A stretch of 32,000 nucleotides of DNA from Archaeoglobus fulgidus DSM 4304. Lineage in GTDB: Archaea > Halobacteriota > Archaeoglobi > Archaeoglobales > Archaeoglobaceae. A model generated the notes under the pieces. It was not told where the DNA came from and ran no database searches. It saw only the letters and a program-made list of their open reading frames with translations. The stretch lies in assembly GCF_000008665.1 (NCBI RefSeq), contig NC_000917.1, positions 2,100,001-2,132,000 on the forward strand, read 5' to 3'. The position numbers and the translations under genes are program-made. Positions 1 through 11,137 of this stretch are shown in pieces; position 1 is the stretch's first letter, and each line of letters begins with the position of its first letter.

Positions 1-345
1 GTTTTCGTAAAGCCAGCAACCGTCTGGAAGGAGCTAAAACCGGGAATGAAGTTCGTTTTCTATCAGTCACACGAAGATACTGGTTTTGTTGGTGAGGCAA
101 GGATAAAGAGAGTTGTGCTGTCAGAAAACCCAATGCAGTTCTTTGAAACGTTTGGAGATCGAGTTTTTCTCACAAAGGATGAGCTTAAAGAGTACATGAA
201 GTCGCAGGAAAGGTGGGGAAGAAGAAGAGAAAGCAAAAAGAAAAAGCTCTGGATGGCCATAGAGCTTGAAGACGTCAAGAAATACGATAAACCAATCAAG
301 CCAAAGAGGCTCGTGCCAGTTGGAGGGCAGTATCTCAGAGAATGA
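1..345 (+). CDS. PUA-like / ASCH-type small beta-barrel protein; the 5' end is probably outside the window
   Basis: The frame of ORF 46..345 stays open back to nt 1 (VFVKPATVWKELKPG MKFVFYQ...). The pattern FVGEARIKRV ... LWMAIELEDVKKYDKPI ... VPVGGQYL resembles archaeal ASCH/DUF365-like PUA-fold proteins. Family call is from memory only. Confidence 0.4.
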   Translation, partial: VFVKPATVWKELKPGMKFVFYQSHEDTGFVGEARIKRVVLSENPMQFFETFGDRVFLTKDELKEYMKSQERWGRRRESKKKKLWMAIELEDVKKYDKPIKPKRLVPVGGQYLRE

Positions 346-1048
346 CCTCAACTTTCTTCAAATACTCTGTATTGCTACTTCCCGCTTTGATAAACTTAGC
401 CGCTTTCTTGACCAACTTCCAAACTAATACTCTACCAGTCGAACCCATCAACCTCTATCTTTCAAATTTTGTGCACTCAGATTTCTATCACCTTACAGGT
501 AACATAGTTGTATATATTGTCTCTGCTTTCCTCTCATTTATCTTCTTTAGGAATTCGGATATGAAAGGGTTTTCTGGATATCTTTTACCCTCATATTCAT
601 TTTTGTACCATATCTGACTTCAATTTCCACAATTTATTTCTTAAATCGGTCTTCAATAGGTTTCTCCGGAGTTGTTTCAGCTTTTATCGGGCTGTATGCT
701 TTTACAATTGTAATATTTCTAACTAAACACTCTGCGAACAGCGCAGTAAGCTTCTTGTTTGTTTTAATCATTGGTGCTGGTGTTATCTCTCTAACTTACA
801 GGGATTTCGTTTTTGGGGCATTATCAGTATCATTTGCAGTATTGATTGCACCAATATTGATGAGAAAGGTTGAATTTGACAGAAAAGAGTTAATACAGTT
901 AATATTGCTGATAGCTTTGTATATATTCTTTATGATTGGGATATTCCCACAGCAACTTGTTATTGGCAGGAATTTCGTAAACATTTTAGGCCACTACTTA
1001 GGATTCTTTGCAGGTTACATGATTCCATGGCTGTTGCGTAGATGGTGA
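342..1048 (+). pseudogene. Rhomboid-family intramembrane serine protease interrupted by a frameshift near 545-555
   Basis: Frame 0 (342-617) carries the TM2 motif FVHSDFYHLTGN (H..HL..N). Frame 2 is open from 551 to 1048 and carries the catalytic GFSGVVSAFIG (GxSG, 659-691) and NILGHYLGFFAG (TM6 His). The three rhomboid signatures occur in the correct order but are split across two frames. Confidence 0.65.
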
Positions 1049-1052
1049 TAAA

Positions 1053-1358
1053 ATGAGAATAGTATTCGTCTGCTCTCCCTTTCAGGGCAAAGCGGAAAAC
1101 ATCGAGAAAGCCAAGGAGTACTGCCGATTTGTCCTTGAGAAAGGCTGCATTCCCTTAGCCCCACACATCTACTTCAGCCAGTTTATGGATGACAACAATC
1201 CAGAGGAGAGAAGAAAGGCTCTGGAGATGAACAAAAGGCTGATGGAGTTCTGCGATGAGCTGTGGATTTTTGGAGAAGAAATAACGGAAGGAATGAAGGA
1301 GGAGATAGAGCACTTCAGGAAAATTATGGGAGAAAGCAGAATAAGGAAGATAGTTTAA
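1053..1358 (+). CDS. Small protein, tentatively of nucleoside 2-deoxyribosyltransferase-like fold (DUF4406-like, phage/element-associated)
   Basis: The pattern RIVFVCSPF...IPLAPHIYF...ERRKALEMNKRLMEFCDELWIFGEEITEGMKEEI resembles that family from memory. No catalytic assignment is possible. Confidence 0.3.
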   Translation: MRIVFVCSPFQGKAENIEKAKEYCRFVLEKGCIPLAPHIYFSQFMDDNNPEERRKALEMNKRLMEFCDELWIFGEEITEGMKEEIEHFRKIMGESRIRKIV

Positions 1359-1461
1359 GGTAGGGAAACACGATAAGCTCAAATCAAAGCGGAGGAAGGG
1401 TGATTCTCTAAAGATTATTTTTGTCGTAAAATTTAAATGTGTGATTAAATAAATTTGAAAT

Positions 1462-2273
1462 ATGAAGGTTCTTAGCATCTCTCTGATATTCTTTGCTTTG
1501 TTGCTTACTGGCTGCTCTCAGGTGGAAAAGATTGCACCTGACAACTTCAACAAAATTTTTGAAGAAGGAAAACAGTTCGTGGAAAATACCCAAACTGAAA
1601 TTGAAGATATTGATATAGAACAGTTGATTGAAAAAGCAAAAGAATTGGGATTCAATACGGAAATCCTTACCGCCCTATATGATGAATTAAAGAGAATCCA
1701 CTCAATCAGGAAATTATCGAATTGCTCAAATTCCATGTTACTGCCCTAATGGAAAAGAAATCAATTAATGAATCACATAAAAAACTTGCAGATTCGTTGG
1801 CCAAGGAAATAAAAGCCATAGGCCCGATTGATGAAACCTTCTTTGATGATTACAACACTTAAGAATTCGGAACGCAGTTCCCTGAATTTGACCTCTCTAA
1901 GGAGAGCTTTGCAGGAATTCAGGAGATCAGAAAGGCAGTTGGTTATTCAGCCCTCATCGATTCATACAACAAGCTATACGAATCAGCCAAAAAACTGCCA
2001 AGCGATAGAGATGAGGATTACTGGGAGTTTTACAAGAACCTCTTCCTGCTGATGGTGGATTTTTACTTCATAGAGGAAAAGGTTGCATACAGAGCAGCAT
2101 TTACTACAACTGGCAAAATTGCTGCAACACTGGGGTTGGCAAAAACTCAGGCAGTTCTCGGCCCTAAGGGGTATGGCCTGCTTTTGAATGAAATCCAATG
2201 GATGCTGAGAGGGGAGATAAACGAGGTGTGGGCTGGTTTGCTGGAAGCTCTCAGGAATAATTCGCTGATTTAA
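1462..2273 (+). pseudogene. Lipoprotein gene broken by one frameshift (between 1683 and 1749) and one in-frame TAA (1860-1862)
   Basis: The N-terminus MKVLSISLIFFALLLTGC is a signal peptide plus lipobox. Coding-looking sequence continues in frame 0 from 1683 (NQEIIELLKFHVTALMEKK...DDYNT), stops at TAA 1860, then continues in the same frame to 2273 (EFGTQFPEF...LEALRNNSLI). The track ORFs 1828..2052 and 2052..2273 are pieces of this. Confidence 0.5.
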
Positions 2274-2367
2274 TTTGATTTACAGCAAACTTCTATCACT
2301 TGTTAAGTTTCGATAAAAACAGAATAAACTATGATGAGAATGAAAACTTTATATCTTTTCAAATTGA

Positions 2368-3841
<1,474 letters not shown>

Positions 3842-3891
3842 AAGGATAAGGAGATTTCTTACTTTCCTATTTTAAGGTAGCTATTGCTGAA

Positions 3892-5070
3892 TTAAACCAA
3901 TTCATAAGCTTCCTTTGGTATCAGATGAACATCCTTCCAGCTCTCCATGTAAATCTGATATACGAATTCAGGGAGAGGGTGTTTGTAATGCTGCCAATCA
4001 ACACTTGAAACGTTATGGGTTAATATGTAGTTCTTGTTTGAAGTATCCCATTTGATTTTATCTGCCATTTGCTCTGCAAATTTCCTCAAATCTCCCAGAA
4101 CGAAATGGCGTTTATTCTTATCTTTGATTAGCTCTCCCTTTTCGAGAGGAATCATAGCTCTCTTAAGCTGTTGCCCACAGCTTTCATGCTCGAACATCAG
4201 TTTCCTCCCTTGCTTTTTCCTGATTTTCAGCAATTCCTTAAGGAAAGGAATCAAATCAGGATGCAAGGGAACGTAATGCTCCATTCTGATTTTATCCTGA
4301 TTGGCTTCAACGAGGAGCGTTGGCGGATTAATCTTTAAGGCTTCTTCAAATTGCTCCACTCTCAACTTACTTATTGTTTCAGGTCTCTGCCCAGTATAAG
4401 CTCCAAATAGAATCTGAGTTACATGTGAAAGTGCAGTTGCATAATCGAGCTTCCCTCTCCCCTTCTTTACAGTTTTCCATTTATTCACGAAATACCTTAC
4501 AGCGTTCTTAACATCATTCTCAGTAATTGCTCTATCAGTTGTTCTTTTCCTCTCCTTGATGCTCTTAGGCATCTCAAGGAAAAGCTCTCCCAAATCCCTA
4601 TAGCGGGTATCCATCCTCAGCTTTGAAAGCTCTCCCAAAAAGCTCTTTCCAAAGTTTAGAACTTTGCTCCATGCATCCCTTGAATCCCAGTTATTTAGAG
4701 TGAACTCCTTAAACTTGCTGAGAGTTTCAAAGCTTACAACTCCTTTAGTTTGCTCCCAAAAAGTTTCTGAAGCTTTTTCTATCCACCATTTGGTTTTCTT
4801 TGAAATTCCCGTTAATCTCTTTTCAGTATAAGCATCCAGCTCCTCTTTGGTATATCTTAGCTCAACATCCATAAGACTTCCTGATGACTGTTTTTTATGT
4901 TCACTTTCGGATAGATTTTTGTAAGACTCTTTAACAACTTCAGACTGCTCTCCTCCCTCCATTTGAACGTCGCCTTGACGAGGCGAAGGTCCCCGGTTCG
5001 AATCCGGGCGAGCCCATTTTTCTCTTGATATGCTTAATTTTGCTGCCTGTTCAGCTCTAAAAAAGCTCAA
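3892..5070 (-). CDS. int: Tyrosine recombinase / integrase. It is probably an Int(C) fragment (3892 to about 4967) whose ORF is fortuitously extended through attR
   Basis: Box I-like GAYTGQRPETISKLR; box II-like LGDLRKFAEQMA; C-terminal THNVSSVDWQHY (candidate catalytic Tyr). Codons 19-35 (WARPDSNRGPSPRQGDV) are the reverse translation of a tRNA T-arm and anticodon arm. Confidence 0.7.
   Translation of the reverse strand: MSFFRAEQAAKLSISREKWARPDSNRGPSPRQGDVQMEGGEQSEVVKESYKNLSESEHKKQSSGSLMDVELRYTKEELDAYTEKRLTGISKKTKWWIEKASETFWEQTKGVVSFETLSKFKEFTLNNWDSRDAWSKVLNFGKSFLGELSKLRMDTRYRDLGELFLEMPKSIKERKRTTDRAITENDVKNAVRYFVNKWKTVKKGRGKLDYATALSHVTQILFGAYTGQRPETISKLRVEQFEEALKINPPTLLVEANQDKIRMEHYVPLHPDLIPFLKELLKIRKKQGRKLMFEHESCGQQLKRAMIPLEKGELIKDKNKRHFVLGDLRKFAEQMADKIKWDTSNKNYILTHNVSSVDWQHYKHPLPEFVYQIYMESWKDVHLIPKEAYELV
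4968..5016 (+). tRNA. Partial (3' about 49 nt) copy of tRNA-Val(GAC). Not a functional gene; candidate attR
   Basis: Anticodon stem TCGCC/GGCGA with loop TTGACGA (anticodon GAC, 4977-4979). Variable region AGGTC. T-arm CCCGG-TTCGAAT-CCGGG. Acceptor 3' strand CGAGCCC plus discriminator A at 5016, followed by T5. No matching 5' acceptor strand or D-arm lies upstream. Confidence 0.75.
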
Positions 5071-5340
5071 TAATTTGTTTAAGGCTTCTGAAAAGTCGTT
5101 TACGGATTTTTCTTCGAATAAGATGATTCAGATTTTGTTCCAGATCGTTCCATGTAGAAAGTAGGTGAAAGTTAAGGATTTGTTAGGGGTAGGAAAGCTG
5201 AGACATGTTTCTCCTTTTAGTTAGCTGATAAAAGATTCTTTACCTTACTTAGATTGATCAGATGTTGATCAAGAGCATCGACTTCAATGATGAATTTGCT
5301 CGGAATTAATTTATGGTTAAGTTCATAAATCTTGAACTTA

Positions 5341-5525
5341 TCACCCCAGAATTGCATACGATATTGACTCTGTCAGCTTTTTGAAAGCTTTAGCAATTGT
5401 CTCCTTCAGTTCTTCTATACTCGGCGAGATATTTCTGAAACGAACCTTTTAACACTCTTCCAGACTTTTTCAATCGGATTCAGATCGGGAGAGTAGGGAG
5501 GGAGATAAACCAGCAAAATGTTCAT
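5341..5525 (-). pseudogene. C-terminal remnant of an IS630/Tc1-mariner family transposase, truncated and frameshifted
   Basis: The minus strand reads MNILLVYLPPYSPDLNPIEKVWKSVKRFVSE, the classic LPPYSP.LNPIE motif around the DDE glutamate. It stops at 5415-5417. A second frame continues SPSIEELKETIAKAFKKLTESISYAILG* to 5341. The N-terminal ~80% of a transposase is absent. Confidence 0.7.
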
Positions 5526-5684
5526 ACTTTTCTGGACTACAGAAAGCAAAAAACTTCAGAAAAAAGAGCTGAGAAGCTGTATAAAGTCTTAGGCAGGGTA
5601 AAGAAGTCAATTTGGAGAGTTTGAGAGAAGATTTCACGAACTCGCATGGTAATCTTTATTAACTACTACTCCAAAAAATGACCT

Positions 5685-5912
5685 ATGAAAGTAAAAGTTA
5701 CTAGGAATTTTCAGATTACTATACCTGCCGAAGTTAGGAGAAAGATGGGATTAAAGCTGGGCGATGTGCTTGAAGTTGAATACAACGAGGAGAAGGGAGA
5801 GGCCATTATAAGGAAGCTCGGTGGAGAGAGAAGGAAGCTGAAAGCGGGAAGAAAGCTTACGCCGGACGAGATAGAGGCGCTGATAGCTGAGGGAATGGGC
5901 GATAACTTATGA
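5685..5912 (+). CDS. vapB: AbrB/SpoVT-type antitoxin (VapB-like)
   Basis: MKVKVTRNFQITIPAEVRRKMGLKLGDVLEV is a swapped-hairpin AbrB/SpoVT signature. The gene overlaps the downstream PIN gene by 4 nt (ATGA). Confidence 0.8.
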   Translation: MKVKVTRNFQITIPAEVRRKMGLKLGDVLEVEYNEEKGEAIIRKLGGERRKLKAGRKLTPDEIEALIAEGMGDNL

Positions 5913-6313
5913 AAGCCGTCATAGATACAAATGTTATAGTCTACGACACCTTTGAAGACAGCGTTTTTCATCAGGAAGCCATGCAACTCCTCGATAGAAT
6001 TGATGTGTGGGTAATCCCTACGATAGTTATTCACGAGTATGTTTGGGTCCTCAAATCACTGAAGGTGGACGTGAAAGAAATCAAATACAAAGTGGAGGAG
6101 TATCTTAACCACTATAAAACGAAAATGGTTTCAGAAAATAAGCAAATCGTTTTGTCAGCACTGGAAAGAATTGTAGGTGGGGGATTAAGCCTTTCAAGGT
6201 ACAACGACGAGTTGATACTTGCTGTTGCTGGTAGGGAAAAAATAAGCCTTGCAACCTTCGACGAGAGGTTGAGAAGGCAGGCGAGAGCAAGAGGTGTAGA
6301 AGTAATTCCATAG
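5909..6313 (+). CDS. vapC: PIN-domain ribonuclease toxin (VapC-like)
   Basis: AVIDTNVIVY, IHEY, YNDELIL and TFDERL give the four conserved acidic positions of PIN domains. The gene is paired with the upstream antitoxin. Confidence 0.8.
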   Translation: MKAVIDTNVIVYDTFEDSVFHQEAMQLLDRIDVWVIPTIVIHEYVWVLKSLKVDVKEIKYKVEEYLNHYKTKMVSENKQIVLSALERIVGGGLSLSRYNDELILAVAGREKISLATFDERLRRQARARGVEVIP

Positions 6314-6329
6314 GAGAGCTGGGACAATT

Positions 6330-7205
6330 TTATTTCATAACCGGCAAATCGTTCAAAGTTCTGCAAACTATCCCTTCATTTTTCAGATGCTCCAGTAGTC
6401 TTTTTGACGGCTTTCCGTGGTAAAAAAGGACCTCCTCTGGCTCGCAGTGGTCTATCATCTCAAGTATCCCCCTGTAATCGAGATGGTCGCTGAGGGTTAT
6501 CCTCGGCCACCTGTAGAACTTATGGGCGGTGAGGATGTATCCACCACCGTAAAGAGGAAGGTTCCGGGGTGAGGCGATGAGAGGGCCGTCAGAGGGTTTC
6601 AGGCCGACTGCACTGCAAATCCTCGCAATCTTCTCCTCTGCAGAGAATCCAAACCCATCCTTACTCAGAATTTCCGCCACTCTCTGAGCCTTTCCGATGG
6701 GGTAAGCGCCAAAAACCGCTTTGTTTGATGAAGCGACCTTCAAAAGCTTCTCCACCTCTTCTTCAAAGATGTGGGAAGGGTGGCCGTAGGTTGCTTCGGT
6801 GACAAGAATTTTGCATTTCGGCAGCTTTGAGTAGTCCTTAACGTCTCCGGTAATCAGAATGTCGCTATCCTGAAAATAAAAAGCTGCGGAACCGTGCATG
6901 TGGTAGGTGGGGTAGGTTTTAATTTTTGTATCGCTGAGCCTTATCCTGCTCCCAACCTCAAAAGTAACTCCGGAGAATACTTTGCCTGTGCAGGCCTCAA
7001 GTATCGCCGCACTCTCTCTGCTCGCTACTGCCCTGCTGTTGTCCATGTTCCTCTGGCCGTAGTGGTCTGTGTGGGCGTGGGTGATGAGGTTCATCCCGTA
7101 ATCTGCCGGGGAGGTATCGACGTGGTAGTGCTGTCCCTCAATGCAGAGAGAAAGGTGGGGTCTGCAACCCCTACCGTATTTCCTTCTGTAAAACTCAATC
7201 TGCAC
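6330..7205 (-). CDS. Metallo-beta-lactamase-fold hydrolase, beta-CASP-like short exonuclease type
   Basis: ITHAHTDHYG (HxHxDH), TYHMHGSAAF, ITGDVKD, LVTEATYG. Confidence 0.6.
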   Translation of the reverse strand: MQIEFYRRKYGRGCRPHLSLCIEGQHYHVDTSPADYGMNLITHAHTDHYGQRNMDNSRAVASRESAAILEACTGKVFSGVTFEVGSRIRLSDTKIKTYPTYHMHGSAAFYFQDSDILITGDVKDYSKLPKCKILVTEATYGHPSHIFEEEVEKLLKVASSNKAVFGAYPIGKAQRVAEILSKDGFGFSAEEKIARICSAVGLKPSDGPLIASPRNLPLYGGGYILTAHKFYRWPRITLSDHLDYRGILEMIDHCEPEEVLFYHGKPSKRLLEHLKNEGIVCRTLNDLPVMK

Positions 7206-7225
7206 CTTTTCGCATTACCGGCAAG

Positions 7226-7235
7226 ATTTATAATA
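7226..7235 (+). promoter_or_regulatory. TATA-box-like element for the 7258 gene (leaderless spacing)
   Basis: ATTTATAATA is centred about 27 nt upstream of ATG 7258. No Shine-Dalgarno sequence lies between them. Confidence 0.35.
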
Positions 7236-7257
7236 CCTTCCCCCGATTATCACAGGA

Positions 7258-7743
7258 ATGAATCTGAGTGAGTTTGAAAGAGAGGTTAAAGAGCTGTTCG
7301 ATGCCGACCTTGTGGAGAGGGCAAAGAACCTCAAGAAGAGCGGGAACATATTCAACCCAATCTTCTACATCTTCTTCACGAGAATCGTGGAGTTATCGGC
7401 GATTATTAACGATATGGTGCTGCCAAACAGATATGAGCTGGAGGAGCTTTTCAGAACGCGAAAGGACTTCCTGCAGATAGACTACGGCACCATTGGAGAG
7501 ACTATAAGGAGGGCTTGGCTCTATGAGAGGGAGAGGGGTGTGGAGTTCACCTTCAGCAACAGCGTTGAGGACATGCTCTACCTGCTCTACAGGATGGGGA
7601 AGCTGCAGGGCAAGCTTGACAGAATCATAATGAAGTACGCTGAATGGGAGAAGAACAAGCTGGCTGAGCTTTACTTCACCATTCTAAAGATTCTGCTGGA
7701 GCTTGAGGACAGGATAAACAGGGAAATAAGAGAAGAGGCCTGA
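7258..7743 (+). CDS. Hypothetical helical protein
   Basis: A 161-aa ORF with coding-like composition. I recognise no motif. Confidence 0.4.
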   Translation: MNLSEFEREVKELFDADLVERAKNLKKSGNIFNPIFYIFFTRIVELSAIINDMVLPNRYELEELFRTRKDFLQIDYGTIGETIRRAWLYERERGVEFTFSNSVEDMLYLLYRMGKLQGKLDRIIMKYAEWEKNKLAELYFTILKILLELEDRINREIREEA

Positions 7744-7784
7744 ATCAAACCCCAAAAGAATTATGAATTTTCCAAAAACCCGAA

Positions 7785-9107
7785 TCAAACCCTTCCAAGC
7801 CTCTCAAGAACCCTCTTCTTTTTCTCCACAGCCTTCATCGCTGCTTCATCCACCTTCCTGCGCATTTCCTCGAAGTCGGGCGGTGTTTCCTCCCCAACAA
7901 CTTTCTTGAGGGGTGTGTATGCCGACTCCCTGAACCTCGGCTTTATCTCCCTAATCTCTCCACCCTCAACGACAAAAGCTCCTTTCCTTCCCTTCTCAAC
8001 CCAGCCAACCTCCTCAATCCTTACTCCTGCCTCTTTCACAGCACTTTTAACAAGCTCTGCCGTCTCAGCATCACATACAACCATCAAAGAGTCGATTGAG
8101 ACACCCATGAAGTCAATTTCAAGCTCTTCGAGCATTTTGAGCACCTTCGGATTCACACAGTTCCTGACCTTGTCGTAGTCGAAAATAAGGGCTAAACCTG
8201 AAACCTTGGCTATCTCCTCAGCATCCCCCCTTATTCCTCCGTTGGTGACATCGCTCATGGAGTGGATTCTTCTGACGAGGTCGGCTTTGAAAATGGCCCT
8301 CACAGCCTTGATAAAGTCAAGGTTGATTGTCTCCTCAACAATCTCGTGCATGCCGAAGTAAATGGCAGTTGTCGCAACAGTCCCTCCTCCAGCCCCCTCA
8401 GTCAGCAAAATTACGTCTCCATCCCTCACATTTCTGCGGGGGGTTATGTGCTTTGAAACCCCAACGCAGCCAACTCCGCCCGTCATCCTCTCCCCTATGA
8501 CCATGTCTCCTCCAATTCTCAGCGTGCTCCCGCTCACCAGCGGAACTTTTACAGCTTCGCAGACTGCTGTTATACCGGCTATGTGGTCGAAAATCTTGCT
8601 GACATCTCCATCATCCGCAATGTGGATGTCGGAGAAAACAGCTACAGGCTCAGCGCCCATGACGTAAACATCCCTCATTGCTGCTCTCGTTACGTGAAAT
8701 CCGGCAATAAAGGGAAACTCGCTCAGCCTCGAATGGATGCCGTCAATTGCAACGGAGATGTAGAAGTCCCCAAACTTCACCACTCCCGCATCATCCAAAT
8801 CCTTCGAAGAAACAACCGCCCCGGAGTCACCTATAACCTCCGCAATCTTCTCGTGAACGTAGAAGTCTCCCCTACCCCTCGAACCGACTCCAAACTCACC
8901 CATAGTGACTCCTGAGCGGTAGTAGTCCAGAAGCCAGTTTGTTTTGCCGTAGGCGTTCTTTACTTCAACGATAACGGCCTCAGCCCATCGCATTGCCCTT
9001 TCAAGGCTCCAGTTTTTAATTTCGGCTATTCTCTCCGCCAGGACCTTTTTAACCTCGTCTTCACCCATTTTTTCGAGCATCCTTCTCGCGTAGCCTTCAA
9101 TGTCCAT
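7785..9107 (-). CDS. PurM/AIR-synthase-related superfamily protein (HypE/ThiL/SelD-like, COG2144 type)
   Basis: LDDAGVVKF and AIDGIHS in the N-domain and a glycine-rich GGVGCVG / TEGAGGGTVAT segment are typical of PurM-like ATP-dependent enzymes. Confidence 0.6.
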   Translation of the reverse strand: MDIEGYARRMLEKMGEDEVKKVLAERIAEIKNWSLERAMRWAEAVIVEVKNAYGKTNWLLDYYRSGVTMGEFGVGSRGRGDFYVHEKIAEVIGDSGAVVSSKDLDDAGVVKFGDFYISVAIDGIHSRLSEFPFIAGFHVTRAAMRDVYVMGAEPVAVFSDIHIADDGDVSKIFDHIAGITAVCEAVKVPLVSGSTLRIGGDMVIGERMTGGVGCVGVSKHITPRRNVRDGDVILLTEGAGGGTVATTAIYFGMHEIVEETINLDFIKAVRAIFKADLVRRIHSMSDVTNGGIRGDAEEIAKVSGLALIFDYDKVRNCVNPKVLKMLEELEIDFMGVSIDSLMVVCDAETAELVKSAVKEAGVRIEEVGWVEKGRKGAFVVEGGEIREIKPRFRESAYTPLKKVVGEETPPDFEEMRRKVDEAAMKAVEKKKRVLERLGRV

Positions 9108-9209
9108 CGAAGCAATTTTTCCTGAGTGTTAATAAGGTTGACTGAGGCAATCCTTACACTCCAGGAAAACTCACGAAACATTAAATAGCTCAGGAAAGCG
9201 TTAACCATT

Positions 9210-9974
9210 ATGGGTGTGCTTAGAGTTGTTAACCTCGGAGTAAAGGTTGGTGAGAAAAAGATACTCAAAAACGTTAATCTCTTCATCAAAGAAGGGGAGA
9301 CCTTTGTGCTATTCGGCCCAAACGGGTCGGGCAAATCGACCCTTCTCAATGCCTTGATTGGGAACCCGTCGTACAAGGTTACAAGCGGTCGAATCCTGTT
9401 CAAAAAGGTGGATATCACAAATTTGCCCACCAACGAGAGGGTAAAGCTTGGAATTGGCATCGCTTTTCAGAATCCACCAAAAATAAGTGGGGTAAAGCTG
9501 ATTGACGTGCTGAGGTACTGCGCGAGAGTTGGTGGTTACGGAGAGGACAAAATCCTGGAGCTTGCGGAGAAAATGAGGATGACGGACCACCTGTATAGGG
9601 AAATCAACATGGGCTTCTCAGGAGGAGAGGTTAAGAGGTCAGAGCTGCTGCAGCTAATGCTGATGAATCCCGACCTGGTTCTTCTCGATGAGCCTGACAG
9701 CGGCGTTGACCTTGAGAATGTTGCATTAATCGGTGAGGCAATCAGAACTCTCCTCGAAAGGGATAAGGAAGAGGGGGAGAGGACGAAGTCCGGGATAATC
9801 ATAACCCATCAGGGACACATTCTGGATTACGTCGATGCTGATTATGCGGCCATTCTTTACAATGGCAGGATTGCCTGCATAGGCGAGCCGAAGGATATTC
9901 TGAACCAGATTAGAAACCACGGGTATGAGGGGTGTTTGGCGAAATGTCTGGCGAATATGGAGAACTCGGAGTAG
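9210..9974 (+). CDS. sufC: Fe-S cluster assembly ATPase SufC
   Basis: Walker A GPNGSGKST; signature FSGGEVKRSELLQL; Walker B LLDEPDSGVD; H-loop ITHQ. It is followed by an overlapping SufB/D gene. Confidence 0.85.
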   Translation: MGVLRVVNLGVKVGEKKILKNVNLFIKEGETFVLFGPNGSGKSTLLNALIGNPSYKVTSGRILFKKVDITNLPTNERVKLGIGIAFQNPPKISGVKLIDVLRYCARVGGYGEDKILELAEKMRMTDHLYREINMGFSGGEVKRSELLQLMLMNPDLVLLDEPDSGVDLENVALIGEAIRTLLERDKEEGERTKSGIIITHQGHILDYVDADYAAILYNGRIACIGEPKDILNQIRNHGYEGCLAKCLANMENSE

Positions 9975-11041
9975 ATAAGGAAAGGCTGAAGGAAGTCGGA
10001 ATTGAGCTTGACAAGTCCAAGAGGTCGGGAGTTTACCTGCAGGAAGACCAGGATGCTAAGACTTTCTCATCCTTCTTCGAAGGTGTGGAAGTGATGAGCA
10101 TAAAGCAGGCAATGGAGAAGTACGACTGGGTTAAGGACTACTTCTGGAAGATTCTGCGTAAGGATCAGGATGAGTTTACGAGAATGGCCGACACAGAGGA
10201 CGTCAACGGCTACTTCATCCGCTCTCTGCCAGGAGCAAAAGTTGAAATACCCGTGGAGGCTTGCCTTTACCTGAAAAAGGTTGAGAAGCAGAGAGTCCAC
10301 AACATTGTGATAGCTGAGGAAGGTTCGGAGCTCAACATCATTTCCGGCTGCACCTCTCATCCCGGCGTGGCGGGAATGCACATCGGTATATCGGAGTTTT
10401 TTGTTAAAAAGAACGCAAAGCTCTCCTTCACCATGATACACAGCTGGGATACAACTATAGAGGTGAGGCCAAGAACAGCGATAAAGGTGGAGGAGGGTGG
10501 AACCTTCATAAGCAACTACATCCTGCTCAATCCCGTAAAGCTCGTCCAGACCTACCCAACAGCCTATGTGGAGAAAGATGCGACTGCGATATTCAACAGC
10601 GTAATTGTTGCTCTTGAGGGCAGCGTCGTCGATTCTGGATCGAGAGCTGTTTTGATGGGTGAAAACAGCAGAGCTGAAATCATATCGAGAACCATAAGCA
10701 AAGGCGGGAAGATCATCGCAAGAGGACACATCATCGGAGATGCCCCTGAGGTTAAGGGACATCTCGAGTGCAAGGGTTTGATGCTGTCTGAGAGCGGGCT
10801 GATTGACGCAATTCCCGAACTTGAGGCGAGATATCCAAATGTTGAGCTGAGCCATGAAGCTGCCATAGGCAAAATTGCCGAGGAGGGGATATTCTACCTC
10901 ATGTCGAGGGGGCTTAGCAGAGACGAAGCAATTTCGGCGATAGTCAGGGGATTCATGGAAATAGAGATAAAGGGTCTGCCGGAGGCACTTCAGGAGGCAA
11001 TAAGGAGAACCATAGAGATGGCGGAGAGGGACTTGCTGTAA
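9944..11041 (+). CDS. sufB: Fe-S cluster assembly scaffold, SufB/SufD family
   Basis: The C-terminal ELSHEAAIGKIAEEGIFYLMSRGLSRDEA matches the conserved SufB/D HEA.(G/S)..d......YL.sRG motif. The start is taken at ATG 9944 rather than GTG 9932. It overlaps sufC. Confidence 0.8.
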   Translation: MSGEYGELGVDKERLKEVGIELDKSKRSGVYLQEDQDAKTFSSFFEGVEVMSIKQAMEKYDWVKDYFWKILRKDQDEFTRMADTEDVNGYFIRSLPGAKVEIPVEACLYLKKVEKQRVHNIVIAEEGSELNIISGCTSHPGVAGMHIGISEFFVKKNAKLSFTMIHSWDTTIEVRPRTAIKVEEGGTFISNYILLNPVKLVQTYPTAYVEKDATAIFNSVIVALEGSVVDSGSRAVLMGENSRAEIISRTISKGGKIIARGHIIGDAPEVKGHLECKGLMLSESGLIDAIPELEARYPNVELSHEAAIGKIAEEGIFYLMSRGLSRDEAISAIVRGFMEIEIKGLPEALQEAIRRTIEMAERDLL

Positions 11042-11137
11042 TCAGAGAGTACAGCCGTCATCATCGCCACGGCTCAGATCCTGCTAGATTCATCACCTAT
11101 TTTTGGTTGTTAAAGGAGAATTTAAGTTTTTTCTAAC

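Noticed and set aside
9932-9943. GTG 9932 as the SufB/D start
   Set aside because: ATG 9944 (MSGEYGELG...) is the first ATG and still overlaps sufC. Either is possible, and the difference is four codons.
10067-10855. A 262-aa minus-strand ORF (and 10564..10872) opposite the SufB/D gene
   Set aside because: The plus-strand frame carries the conserved SufB/D C-terminal motif and overlaps sufC in operon fashion. The antisense translation has no recognisable features.
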